A DNA stretch of 63,027 nucleotides, filler included, from Squatina squatina (lineage: Eukaryota), in the NCBI GenBank assembly GCA_031763465.1. It is 3 parts of 3 records of this genome, joined end to end, with 100 filler letters (N's around TTAATTAATTAA, not from the genome) between each part and the next. Parts side by side here need not be neighbours in the genome. Positions count along the whole stretch, not along the records: positions 1 to 26,848 come from JARFOE010000163.1; 2 more parts are not named here. One strand, given 5' to 3'. The notes beneath the pieces are model-generated. The model searched no databases and was not told the DNA's origin. It was given only the letters and a program-made list of their open reading frames with translations. The translations under genes were made by a program, and so were the position numbers. Positions 12,792 to 26,539 of the stretch are shown here, piece after piece (positions within the stretch are counted from its first letter, which is position 1; each line of letters begins with the position of its first letter).

Positions 12792-13989
12792 CTGCAATAA
12801 AATAATTAANNNNNNNNNNNNNNNNNNNNNNNNNNNNNNNNNNNNNNNNNNNNNNNNNNNNNNNNNNNNNNNNNNNNNNNNNNNNNNNNNNNNNNNNNNN
12901 NNNNNNNNNNNNNNNNNNNNNNNNNNNNNNNNNNNNNNNNNNNNNNNNNNNNNNNNNNNNNNNNNNNNNNNNNNNNNNNNNNNNNNNNNNNNNNNNNNNN
13001 NNNNNNNNNNNNNNNNNNNNNNNNNNNNNNNNNNNNNNNNNNNNNNNNNNNNNNNNNNNNNNNNNNNNNNNNNNNNNNNNNNNNNNNNNNNNNNNNNNNN
13101 NNNNNNNNNNNNNNNNNNNNNNNNNNNNNNNNNNNNNNNNNNNNNNNNNNNNNNNNNNNNNNNNNNNNNNNNNNNNNNNNNNNNNNNNNNNNNNNNNNNN
13201 NNNNNNNNNNNNNNNNNNNNNNNNNNNNNNNNNNNNNNNNNNNNNNNNNNNNNNNNNNNNNNNNNNNNNNNNNNGCACAAATATAAATGCAACAGATGAA
13301 TGTTGCATTGGCATTGCCTGTGTTGTTTTACATTGCAAGGACAATATTATTAAATATATTTTTGAAATGCTTTTAATTTACAGTTGTCAAGCAATACATC
13401 AAAAAATAATGACAACCGTTTGCAATAGTCCATACAAATGCAGCCATTCACGATTCGTGTTTGCTTTGATGAGAGTTATGTTAAAAATATTGCATTTATG
13501 ATTTTACACTAATCAAGGCATAAAAGTCCAATCAGACACTATATTCATTTTCAGATTTCAGCTTGTAAATTGATATGCATCAATTTGCCAGACTATAATT
13601 CATTTAATTTACAAAAACAAAATTATTCCAATTTATGTAATTATAATTTGAAAAAATATATATTTGTATTCTATTCTCCTAGATCTGTTGTAATTTATAT
13701 TTCTCACTTTTCCTTCAACATCCTTATGCCATCACCAAGAAGCAAGGCAACAAAACCGTTAACTCACTGGTCTCCATTTGCCTTCAGCTTCAAGGTGTAC
13801 AAGCATGGCATAGGTTTACTCATTCTATCTATTTCCTTCTCTACTATGGGTAACTGTTTAAATTATGCCTGTTCGGCACTTGCTCCCTGTCAACATTCCA
13901 CCTTAGAGATGAGGAACACCTTGTGTGCTGGGAATCACGAGAGAGAATCTGCATCGCATTATAATTNNNNNNNNNNGGAGGACAAAATG

Positions 13990-14615
13990 TGAGGATGTGA
14001 TGGAATACATCAAGATTCCGAGGGAAATGAGAGAAATAAATAATGAAAGCCCTAGAAATTATCTCAATGTTATATGGAGAGTGGATGTGTGTTGAAGAAG
14101 TGAAAATTGGCCAATGTAGTACCCATTTTCAAAAAGGGAGACAGAGCTAACCTGGGTAATTACAGCCAGTTAGTTTAACATCTGCAAGAGGGAAAAAAAT
14201 TGGAATTTTTCAATAAAAGGTGAAATTACTAAATGTCTAAATGAAAAGAAAATTAGAAGCAGCCAACATGGATTTCAGAAAGGAAGATTGTGCTCGACAA
14301 ACCTAAGAGAGTTCTTTGAGGAGGCAACAGATATAGTGATTGGGGGATATGCAGTAGATGTGACGTACATGGATTTTTAGGTAACCTTTGGCAAGGCACC
14401 ACACAGGAGCTATGGGAGAAGATTAAGGATACATAAATTAGGGGAAGGGAAACAAATTGGATGAAAAACTGGTTAGAAGGGAAGAAACAGTAAGTGTTAA
14501 GCACAGTTTCTCAGAATGGCTGCAAATGTTGACAGGGTTCTGTTCTGAGATTAGTGTTGTTCACTCCATCTAGATGGATGTACACAGTGATGTCCAAATT
14601 TGCAGACAATACTAT
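13990..14615 (+). mobile_element. CR1 LINE ORF2 RT fragment
   Basis: Decayed ANVVPIFKKG, QHGFQKGRLCSTNL, DVTYMDF and SKFAD motifs. Confidence 0.85.
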
Positions 14616-15754
14616 GAATAAAACTGACTTGAAACTGAAATGTATATGTTTGGAAATGTTTCTCTTTTCATTATTGATATTCAACACGATGTACAGAATA
14701 CTTATAAATTATGTATTCTTCATTCCACCATGAAAAATAGCTGCTTCAAGCTATTCTAAAATTTTGAAAGTCATGATAAACAATTGCATTAATAAGTATA
14801 AATTTAATAATATTGTACTTCCTAATTACATGCACTTAGTATAAATAAGTAATAAGTTGACAAAGTACAATGAAAAATCATACTAGCAAAATGCTCAAGA
14901 ATGTCAGAACATATTCAAGGGAAAAACACATTAAGGTGCTGTTAAATAACATTTCTATCACAAAACTCCAAATTAACTTACCTTTCTGATTGTAGTGCGG
15001 GTTAACTTTATTCAGTAANNNNNNNNNNNNNNNNNNNNNNNNNNNNNNNNNNNNNNNNNNNNNNNNNNNNNNNNNNNNNNNNNNNNNNNNNNNNNNNNNN
15101 NNNNNNNNNNNNNNNNNNTTCAGTAATTTTATATAGTATTATTCCAGTTCACGCTAAAAGCATGATCTCTGGGAATGAGAACACATCAGTTGCGTGCACG
15201 GCTTCACAAATCCATTCCCAGTGCTGCTTAATCGGCTGGCTAGTGGGAGGAACATACCTTCCTAAAGATGCATTAAACTGAGCCAGGTTCCTCTCACTTT
15301 TCTCCCAGGTTGTTGTTAACCAATGAAGCTCATGAACATAATTATGACTTGCAGATTGGACTATTGGTTTACACCAGGATGCAGTCATTCAGCCACTGAG
15401 GTATTTGGTCAGCTCATACCATTGTCAAGCTGCACCAAGCCAGGGTACAAAATTACTCAAGTTAATGAAAATATTTGTTCAGGTACTAAAGATTTTTGTT
15501 GACAGTTGGAAAGAAACTGCACATCAGGAAACCACAGATATTTTCAGTTACAACAGAAAATCAACAAAATCACAATTATTTTGGTCTTTTTGAATGAAAG
15601 AGGCCTAAGTAACAGAACATAACAACTAATTACAAATATTGTTCATCACCAATTACATCCTGTGATCTAGGTTCCCTTCCTAGTGGAAAGGCAAGCATTT
15701 TAAGCATCTGGTCGTGTAACTGTATAGTCAGCAAGCTATACAAGGTATGAAAGT

Positions 15755-15850
15755 GATGCGGGTCAAGTCATTAAATTTCATGCAGCACTGGTGCCATGTC
15801 CTGGGGGCAGGGCTCCTGGCTGTGACCTTCTCGGCGATCTCCTCCCACAT
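15755..15850 (-). pseudogene. Myb/SANT-like fragment (WEEIAEKVTARSPAPRTWHQCCMKFNDLTR), Harbinger-derived
   Basis: W-x-x-IA...RT-x-x-QC-x-x-KF-x-DL motif; related to 46393-46640. Confidence 0.7.
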
Positions 15851-16271
15851 NNNNNNNNNNNNNNNNNNNNNNNNNNNNNNNNNNNNNNNNNNNNNNNNNN
15901 NNNNNNNNNNNNNNNNNNNNNNNNNNNNNNNNNNNNNNNNNNNNNNNNNNTTTCCCCATTGAAGGAAATTACAAGGAATAAAAAGAAAATAAATGCGATG
16001 CATCACTGAACGAAAAGGTCTTGATTCATTCAGTAAAGCTATTAAATGTTTTAAATAGACAGTAAAGGATGGAAGTCAAGGTAAGAACCATCAATAATTG
16101 TCAGATTTCCAACAGTAAAGAAAGTACGCTGGATAGAAAAAGGACACACATACAGAATTTTTTGTAGTATGCTTTTGATAAGCAAACACTTCACATGAAA
16201 GCCGATAATTATAAATAGACCCTAATGAAACTGGAAGGAAAAAAAGAACCTAAAGCTCAGCCAAAACCTAC

Positions 16272-16395
16272 CAAGTGGTAACTCAAATCGAGTGTCCAAC
16301 AAAATCCTGTGAAATGTTGGGTCTTTTGTTCCACAGATTTCATTATCTGTCATTATAACCTCTGAGTCAAGAGTCAGCCATTCACCAGGTCCCTC
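16272..16395 (-). CDS. UNC13A: Munc13-1 exon after C2A ([41 protein letters not shown])
   Basis: Matches recalled UNC13[42 protein letters not shown]. Acceptor tctctttgaag, donor G|gtagg; phase-compatible with the 18027-18144 exon; 124 nt. Confidence 0.95.
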
Positions 16396-17975
16396 CTTCA
16401 AAGAGAAAGAGGAAAGAAAGTGATTGATATAGAGGAAGATTAACAAACACAGAAAAGGAAGATATAGTTTAGTTTCGAATGAATGCAATATACAGTATAG
16501 AAGTTAGAGCATATTGAAGGAAGGATGTGCCTTTTTCATAACTGTAGATGGTCAAGACAGTGGTATACATTTATATTGTCCATAAACAAAAGTGGTACAA
16601 TAATATATAAAATACAGGCAGCTGAGGATGTATGCCACCTTCAATAATTGCAAAACAAAATGAAATAGCAGCTCAAACTCTATCACCAATACTATAAATA
16701 CTAAGACAATCCTCTCTCTATGTAAATAATTTACCATGTAATTGAAAATACCCAATGTTAATATCAGAAATCTTATGAAAAAGTTACATTCAATTTCTAA
16801 ACCTGGCTAATTTGCCCCTTTACTGAATAAAGAAGCAGCATAGCAGCGTTCATACCATCATCACAACAAATGCACTAAATGTTTTAATGGTTAACAAATC
16901 ACCATTTCCTTAAAAATATAACTGTTGTTCAAATCCAGATTTTTTGCTAGGATCTTAAATCTTAAGGTCAATAATGATATTATTGTGCGTTATTTATTGA
17001 ACAAATTGCACAAAGTAATTGTGATTCAATATAGAGCAGAGGAATAGGCATTTCGCCCAACTAGTCTGTGCTGGTGTTTATAGTCCACATCAATGTTCCC
17101 TTTAAGCTGCACAGCCATGTCTAGAGGTCCCGCGCAACCAGTGAGCTGGCTTTTAAATAGAAAGACTGTGCATGTGCGGAATTCTGAATGGCTCGCACAG
17201 CTCGTTAAAGGGAACGCACAGGCCAAAAAAAAAGGTACATTGCTCTACATGAGTCTCCTCCCATTCTGTCTACCTCATCGCTCGTAGTCAACTAAAATGT
17301 CACAATAATAGCTTTATCCAGCTATACAGCCTAAACAATAAATAGCTGCTCCAAAACAAAAACTAAACTGTTAGGTTTGGGTCTGCTCACTTCCACATTA
17401 ATTTAATGCCACTTCACTATTGATGCACGCTATATTTTCCTTTTTGTCAACACTGCATTTTTGTATGCATCAAGGAAAGGGCAACATATTTGGGTTCTCT
17501 AAAAAAAAAATACACCTGAGGATTTATATTCCATTGTGCTGTTTCAGCACGCTAGTTAATGTTCGTTATTTGTATATATTTTCATCATTGTTAACCTTGA
17601 TTAAAATACAGCACAGAAAATTTTGATGCAAATGTATTAATCAGTATGTCAAAAATGTTGTGAAAACCCATCTGGTTCACTAATGTCCNNNNNNNNNNNN
17701 NNNNNNNNNNNNNNNNNNNNNNNNNNNNNNNNNNNNNNNNNNNNNNNNNNNNNNNNNNNNNNNNNNNNNNNNNNNNNNNNNNNNNNNNATGGCAAGAAAT
17801 TGTAGTGTCAATCTGGGGTCCAGGCCCAACCCAAGTCTGGAATGAAACGGAGTTAGGTTACCTCCTCCACGAAGTCTCCCTCCATTTCACGAGAGAGAGA
17901 GAGAGAGACACACACATGACCTAAGTTAGCTTTACACTACAACTTTAGTTCTTAATGTTCCCTTTAGGCAAATCA

Positions 17976-18191
<216 letters not shown>

Positions 18192-18838
18192 TTATATATA
18201 CACATTATTGTGAAAATAAGGGCTCTGAGCAATATCCCACAAGTGAGCTGACCTGATAAGTCACAGTAAAAAAAGTTCAGTGAATTATGCTCAGTGCTAC
18301 AACCGAGATATAGAGATATGCAACATATTTTGTGTACAATAATCTGTTTGTTCCATAAATCATATGTTTTCTTAAAGCAACCTAAAAGCAGTCCAACCGC
18401 TCTACTCACTGCATAATCTTGCCTCATCTACTTTAAACATTTGTCCCTTTAGTAGAGATGCAGCAGTCTCTCCCTCACACCTATGATAATGCATTCCGTG
18501 CTCCAGCAAATCTCTCTGTAATTTCTTCTGATGGCTCTCCGTCACATCACTGTTTCCCTAAACTAACAAAATAGTTGTTTCCTATTCACTTAATCAAAAT
18601 TCTTAATAACTTTAGTAACTTTAGTGATTAAAATTTCTTTTTGCATTATTTGCCCCAGTGGCAATAGTACCAGTATCAATAAACATTCCATTTAAGTTTC
18701 AGTTCAACCCTGGTGTCAGATTGGTGCATTTACGCTATNNNNNNNNNNNNNNNNNNNNNNNNNNNNNNNNNNNNNNNNNNNNNNNNNNNNNNNNNNNNNN
18801 NNNNNNNNNNNNNNNNNNNNNNNNNNNNNNNNNNNNNN

Positions 18839-19245
18839 CTAGAGAAGCTGGGATTATTCTACTTAGAAAGCAGATTAAGGGGGTGGATTTAATGTAGATG
18901 TCTAAAATTATGAGCGGTTATGATGGGGAGAAACTATCTACTCTGTTTCTACTAGCATGAGAGTCGGCAACCAGAGGACACTGATTTAAGATAACTGGCA
19001 AAAAAGAGGTGAGGGCGAGGAGAATTTTTTTTAACTCAGCAAACTGTTATGATCTAAAATCCACTGCATGAAAGGGTGGTGGAAGCGGATTCAATAGTAA
19101 CCTTCAAATGGAAGTGGATATATACTCAAAAAAGGAAAGATTTGCAACACGACAGGGAAAGAGTGGGACTAACTGGATAGTTCCTTCAAAGAGATGGCAT
19201 AATGTGCTGAATGGCCTTCTTCTGTGCTGTATGATTCTGTGATTT
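18839..19245 (+). mobile_element. CR1 LINE 3' end
   Basis: LEKLGLFYLESRLRG-like ORF2 end; tail gctgaatggccttcttctgtgctgtatgattct. Confidence 0.75.
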
Positions 19246-20196
19246 TTATAAGGTGTCAGCATGAACTGAGAGGGAGTGGGAAAGGACAAGCTGTAGTATG
19301 ATCTTGGAGAAGAGGGGCGAGGAGGTGGTTCAAAAGAGGAGAGTGCTTTTGTGAAGGGTGGAGTGGGAAGATTCACAATTTGAGGTAGCCTTTGGGGATT
19401 TGATGGAGTGGTTAAATATGGGTAAACCCAAATAACACTTGCTTAAAAAATGAAAAAGCTATCAATTATGAAGTTCATTTTTTTTTTAAATAAATAAAAT
19501 TAATGCACCATTCCAGTATAAAAATTCTCCAGAGAAGCATGCCGCTCCACTTCCCAGAAATGTGTGCTCCAGTGGATGGAAGTGTGAGTCAGCATTTGGA
19601 ATTGTGTATAATGTTGATACCTACACACTCCTGCCACAAATGAATTAAAAGATAATGCACAATGGCATTTTAAGTGTAACAGGGTACACAAAACCAGAAG
19701 AAATCCATTCTAACAAGTGGTCTGCTAAAAAGCAAGGAAGGTAGGGGGAGCATTTTGAACAGGGCTTGTTTTATACAAATCCCTAGTGTACTAGACTTCT
19801 GCTTAGTAACATCATGTGTGGAGGCAGAGTGTGAAGATTATGTGCTAGATTTGACTGTTTAGTAGCACTGTGTGGAGATAGGTGTAAATGTTATTCCGTG
19901 AAATATATAGTTTTAGGTACACTGAAAAGGACAATATGTAAAATACATAGGATATGAATTATAAATGGGTCCATTTTACAGAATAAAAACGCACAATTCT
20001 TTACCATGTTGTACATTTTCATAAAAGTTTAAGAAAATAATCAGTTGAATTACTTTTAAGAATATTGATAAGTACAGCTAGTCCTCAGCAGGCCAGATTG
20101 TAGTACTTTCATTGCTTCATTCTGCTGCCAACTGTTAGCTGCTGCCACATCCCACAACACAGCATCCTATCTATCAGTTCAAACCAAATCACAAGA

Positions 20197-20330
20197 GCAA
20201 AACACTGCGAATGCTGGAAATCAGAAATAAAAACAGAAAACAGGAGGAATACTCAGCAGGTCAGGCAGCATCTGTGGAGAGAGAAACAGAGTTAACCTTT
20301 CCGGTCGATGACCTTTGGTCAAATCTGAAG
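20197..20330 (-). mobile_element. Same short repeat family, degenerate hammerhead core
   Basis: Reverse complement of the 1849-1975 sequence. Confidence 0.7.
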
Positions 20331-21473
20331 AAAGCTGGAATGACCTCAAGCCTGTTGTATCTTAAACAGGAACTCTCCCTAAAGTCCTTTTTCAACAGCC
20401 AGGCTTGTCAAAACATATCTCTTTGACCATGCCTTTATTCACCTCCCCTAACTTCCTGCTTAGTGTCTTTTGATCCTCCTGTACAAAGTATTAACAGCAC
20501 AGAAACAGACCATTCAGCCCAACAGGTCCATNNNNNNNNNNNNNNNNNNNNNNNNNNNNNNNNNNNNNNNNNNNNNNNNNNNNNNNNNNNNNNNNNNNNN
20601 NNNNNNNNNNNNNNNNNNNNNNNNNNNNNNNGCGTACAGCCTCAGCAGATTCCACACACAGCAATCTAAGCAATCATTTTCCTACATTATTCAGCTATGC
20701 ATCCTACCAAGTCAACCAAGAAACAGCATTAATGAAAAAGTCTCTAATCTGCATGCTCCCATCCTCCCGACCAAAATGCATAGTCTGATTTCGGGTGAGG
20801 GGTGGAAAAACAGAAGAATGTGCATATGACACCGCTCCTCCAATGATAATCGAAGATTTCCTATTAACCGCATGGTTTTTTTTGTTGTGGTAGAAATATG
20901 CCACTGCAGTTAGCAAAGAGAAGCCATTCAACTCAGTAAAGCAATAAAAACTTCCAACACTATCAAATTACCACCTGTACAGCCACTGTCCTGAAAACAA
21001 AAATAAATGTATAACAATTGAATAAGTCTGGTGCTAACTAAATGAATAAATCTCTAACCAGACTTCGTAAAATATATCATATACAATGCTACTAAATCTA
21101 TTATGAGTATTAATCATGCAAAGATGTCACAGAAATGAGGGTTGCTTCTTTCAGAATAAAAGAAAAATTGTATATGGCAAGTTTTCAAAATATGCACAAA
21201 TTTACACTGTTTTGAACCAAAACTTAACCTTATTCCCACTAATTGAACCCTCCTCCATTACAATTGTATTACCCTCCTTACACTATTCCCTGATTTGATA
21301 ACCTTAAGCAGTCAGCACGATCAGTTCAAATGATTTTCACTTTTGTTAAAAACAGTCCTGTTCCTGGTAATAGNNNNNNNNNNNNNNNNNNNNNNNNNNN
21401 NNNNNNNNNNNNNNNNNNNNNNNNNNNNNNNNNNNNNNNNNNNNNNNNNNNNNNNNNNNNNNNNNNNNNNNNN

Positions 21474-21690
21474 ACAGAGGGTAGTGAACCTGTGGAATTC
21501 TCTACCACAGAAGGCTGTGGAGGCCAGGTCAGAGTATACTCAAGAAGGAGTTAGATTTTTAGACACTAAAGACATCTAGAGTTATGGGAAGAAATCGGGA
21601 ATAGAGGATCAGCCATGGTCATGTTGAATGGTAGAGCAGGCTCGAAGGGCCAAATGGCCTACTCCTGCTCCTATTTTTTCTATGTTTCTA
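21474..21690 (+). mobile_element. CR1 LINE 3' end
   Basis: QRVVNLWNSLPQKAVEA motif; tail closely similar to 43820-44055. Confidence 0.8.
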
Positions 21691-21724
21691 ACATTCACTA
21701 CAGAAGGGAGGTGTTCCTGCTAGC

Positions 21725-22175
21725 AGTACAAGGTACCATCCTCAGCTCAGTGGTAACACACTCTCTTATGAGTTAGAACAGTTTGACAACCTGATCACAT
21801 AATATAGGACAACAATTCAGTGCAGCACTGAGGGAGTGCTGCAAGAAGAGATACCGTCTTTTGGATGGAATGTTAAACTGAAGCCCCGTCTTCCCCCTCA
21901 GGTGGATGTCAAAGGTACCCATAGCACTATGTGAAGAAGAGTAGGAAATATTTGCAGATGTCCTGGCCAACATTTATCCCTTAACCGACACTAGCCAAAT
22001 AGATTATCTGGTTATTTCTCTCATTGCTGTTTGTGGGAACTTGCAAGTTAGATGTAGCACTTCCCTACATTACAACAGTGACTACACTTCAAAAAGTAAT
22101 TCATTGGCTGTGAAGTACTTTGGGACGTCGTGAGGTCACGAAAGATGCTATATAAATGCAAGTTCTTTCATTCTT
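21725..22175 (+). mobile_element. Deu-domain tRNA-derived SINE (SacSINE1/AmnSINE-related), near full length
   Basis: tRNA-like head agctcagtggt; central ...ggatgtcaaaggtacccatagcacta...cctggccaacatttatccct...; tail gctatataaatgcaagttctttc. Family assignment from memory. Confidence 0.75.
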
Positions 22176-25100
22176 ACTATAAATCTGTAATGTTATATTC
22201 TTTAGTTACTTTTTTGTCTGCTTTCAAGCATTAAAATTTGACTATAACTCATTTTGGTCTACTTGAGTGGCAAAAAAAAAATTCTTATGGATTCCATCTT
22301 GAGCTGTGATAAAAGTAGTATGGATATAGATGAGCACTGTGTTTAGAAGGAAACACACCAAAACATTTGAAAACACAATAATTTTGTCACATTATGCACT
22401 TTTATTCTCTTTTGAAAATCCATGTCATCTCCGACTGATGCAATAAAAAAAGTGCAAGATTCATTTATGGGAATCGAATGTTTAGAGAGAGGAAAAAAGA
22501 TCAGTCTTTTAGATCACTAACTAGATAATGCTGAAAATAGAACTTAATTAAATGAAATCCATTAAATAAAACATAAGAAACAATTGCACTTTAAGGGTGA
22601 GCTACTGTACTGAAGATTACTCTCAGCACTTTGCCATGTAACACGTAGGAAACATCTAAGCAACGTTTGTTATTATTTGTGCCTCGAAGGATTTCCAGAG
22701 TAAAGTGCCAATTTCTTTTGACCAGTGTTGTATACCATAGTAATATGACTTGGCAAGCATAATAATTGGTAGATTCATAAACATTATAATAATGCAATTG
22801 CATAACAAGCCAAGGACAGATGTAAAAACTAATAAATTATAAAGCATGTCAAGTGTGGCAGTCCTTTTCACTTGAAAATTGAAAAAAATGCAAATGATTA
22901 TAGAGTGCAGTACACAAGCTATACTACTACAACTACTAGTCTTTCCAAATAACCTCCCAGAAATGTTAGGGAACCTAGGGTCTAGTGAGAGGGAGGAACT
23001 GAAGGAAATCAGTATTAGTAGGNNNNNNNNNNNNNNNNNNNNNNNNNNNNNNNNNNNNNNNNNNNNNNNNNNNNNNNNNNNNNNNNNNNNNNNNNNNNNN
23101 NNNNNNNNNNNNNNNNNNNNNNATTTCTAAAAACTGCAGCATTTTTGTACCAAATGCAAAAAGAAATTCTACAGTACAGTTTTTCCCCCCCGAGAAAAAG
23201 ACTAGCATGTTCCCCATGACCTGTACTATACATTTTCTCTCCCCATTAAATTTCTGTGGAATGTAATCTTAAGAAAAATGTGGTAGAAATTCTAATTCCT
23301 CACCATATCTCAGATCTCAAGAAACTCCTTCAATTCAATCCTCATCTTAAATTGTCTTCCAGAATATATTATTTGTACAGGTGTAATATATTTTAAATGG
23401 CAACTGACACGTTAACACTTTTTAAAAAAAAAGAAGGTTTTTGCACTGGAAAGTAATGAACTTTGTAGAAAATAGTGTCTGAAAACATTAAAAAAGATAA
23501 ACTGAGGCAGTAAAATCACTACTACTGCATCATGTAAAAATGAAATGCTTATGCTTTTGGTTGTACAAAATACCAGAAACTATTTAATAAGTATCAGAGA
23601 AAATAATTCATTTTTGTAATATAATCTAAATCCCTTAGCTACGACAGACTACCTTTGCACATAATTCAATTCATATATCCCAGTTTACCATACACTGAAG
23701 GTATTCAAACATTATAAACATGCATATATCCCAGTAGATCATAGCATTATCAAAACCAGTGCACCGAATAAGTGCAATACAGACTAAAAGATAGCATTTT
23801 GCATAATTTCCCAACAGTTTGTCATGAAAATTAGCTATTTCCAAGTTCCACAAGTTGCAGCCTGTCTCTGATCCAATACCACTGATATGGTCTTTTAGGA
23901 GTTTTGTGGACATTTCTTCCCATGTTCATAGCTTATCACTGAAAGGCAAAATTTAAGAAAATAAAACAATCTCAAACCAAATTTCAAAACACCAAACCAT
24001 TTCTGTCTTTTTAATCAATTATCCTGGTATAGTAATGAGAGTCAAATATCATTCTCATCAATTTAAATGCAAGGAAAATTCAGAAAAAAAAAAATTAGAT
24101 TTCTAATTTGAGGAATTGTTAAGCAGCTGTGAGCAATTTTCCAAATTAGACTTCAAGTGTCAGTAATCACTTCAAGATTAGATACAAGTCAGGATTCCAC
24201 TACGCCAGCCTCAGACCATACCTCTAAGCTGTGTCAGTGATTTTTTTCCCCATCTTCTACATCAATCATTTTACTAGCCTTTGAGTCAGACTACTAATTT
24301 AATGCTACTGTATGGTGTCTTAATATTAAAAAAAAATCTTGTTTCTTCACGCACTTCCTGTCAACTTTTTCCATTATAAAATCCTATCTCCAAAATTTAT
24401 ATAAATTGTATGGAGCTTTTGTACATAGACATAAAGTTATAGAAGTGTATATTCTTGCGAGTGTCAGTTTGTGTGCTGGGCAGAGTTGTGTTCATTGCAG
24501 CAAGAGTGTGAAAGTTGGCTTGTCACAAGGTAGGATGCTGAGGTATAATGTGCAAGTAGTAAATTGCTGTTTTAAAAGGGATGGAGTTATGTTTGTATAC
24601 AGTTGGATTTATGAAGGGTAGACGGTGAAGGTTGGGGAGGAATAGATTGGGCGGCAAGGAGATACGATACATCAGAGATGGAAAAGGGAAGAGAGGCTTT
24701 TCCGTTTGGAGATGCTGATGACAGTATCAATCAGTGAGGTAGAGATTCAAATTTAGCCAGAACAGGCTCACCAGTTTATCTACAACAATTGTGGCTGTAA
24801 ATTCTTTGGTACTGACACATAGACATGAATAAAATGGTGACTGTGAGTGGGAGGACCTGGAAAGGGGTGGGGACAATAATGAGTCTGTGTACGGGGTGTT
24901 AGTTTATGTGTGTGTGGGGTTTGCGTGAGTGTAAGGACTGGATTGGCGGAGTGACACTATGTCAGAGTGCAGGAAGGTGCAAGTCCAGGGTCTGAAGCCA
25001 GGGATAACATGTCCCAGAGAGTGCAGGGCAGTGCGAGGTCAGGGTTTGTGTCAGCATGTGTTCTATGGCTCTTTATCGTTGATATTTATTGTTTCAATGA

Positions 25101-26539
25101 TTCCACCAAGCAGAATAAGGACTAATGAAGCCATAGAATCTTGGTCATTTTTCAAAGTATAATTTAAAAAACAGCACAAGTCACCTGTGGGAGTTAACAC
25201 TGACCCTGGGAGTAGCTAGCTCCATTATTTCCTCATGTTTGCCAAGTAAGTTGCTTTTAAGACTCTGGGGTAGAGGACTTTGTGTGCTAGTGTAAAACAG
25301 CGAGTAGGCAGCCCGATTTTCATCTCTCCATTGAATTCAATGGAAATAAAAATCGGGACAATTGTAAAACTGGCTGCCCATTTGCTATCACCCATTTTAC
25401 ACAATCGGACAAAGTCCAAATGTACCCCACTGTCACTGTAAATAAAAAAGGGATGAAACGCTCCTTGGGCGGTAGCACAAAACGGGCGATAGCAAATGGG
25501 CAGGCCGTCATACACCCACACCTGACTTTCTTACTTTTCTTTTTCTTTGTGTTATCGCACGTTTTGCCGTACTCCCCAGGATGGAATTTCATTCCTAAAG
25601 TGTTTGACTAAACCTTTATTTCCATTTACTTACATACAACTGTGTAAATTAAGATAAAAACATCGCATAACAGCACTTGCGAATTGTGGCGCAGGAGACG
25701 CAAGCTTCCCCTTTCCCCCACAAACGCTGAGCAATAAAGACCGCAAAATCCCAGGAAAAAAAAAATGAAAGCAACGCCCCTTAAAAACAGCATAACTCTG
25801 ACCTACTTTTTCCCAGCCTGGATTCGGAATGTTGCTTTGGACCTTGGAGATTTAAAGGACACAGCTTTGAAAAAAGTGTGGGGGCTGGGGGGCAATTTGT
25901 CACTATGAAAATAAAAGGTTCTAAACAGCTAGACAGAAATGAGGTATTTGTATAAGCAGTTCTTAGTGTAAACACAGTGCGCAGCTTGGAATCTTTGGCC
26001 CAATGGAAAATCTAACATTTATGACAGGTGGTTCCGAGTCCTGGAACATGCTGGCACTCTTGGTTTGACATCATTTGGTGGTTAATTTCCCATGAAACCT
26101 CGCTCTCTATTCATGCACCGTCTCAATAAATTGTGGTAACTGTCATTGGCCTTGCCAGCCAAAGGGTCGTTTGTCAATGAGAGCAGAGATAACCCGACCC
26201 ATTGCTTCAGCAGACACGCAGAGTGAAGGCAAATTGTTCAGATAGCACAATGAACAAGCCGTGCTAAAATTAAAGGCCATTATTCGGGGGGGCAGCAGAG
26301 GTTTGCAGCAATATGTTAACACTTTTCCTGTCAATGGAGCACACCCTCACCCCGTGAGCTGGATCTNNNNNNNNNNATCGTCTCTCAGCTGCAAATTTCG
26401 CAATTTGTTGACCGAATGGTGGGACGAGGTGAAGTTGCTGCACCTGGTCTAATGGTGCTTCATTGAAACCTAGTGCTTGCAGTCCAACAAAACTTAATTC
26501 TGATTGTCGGAAATAGTCAATCAGGAATCAGCCAATAGA

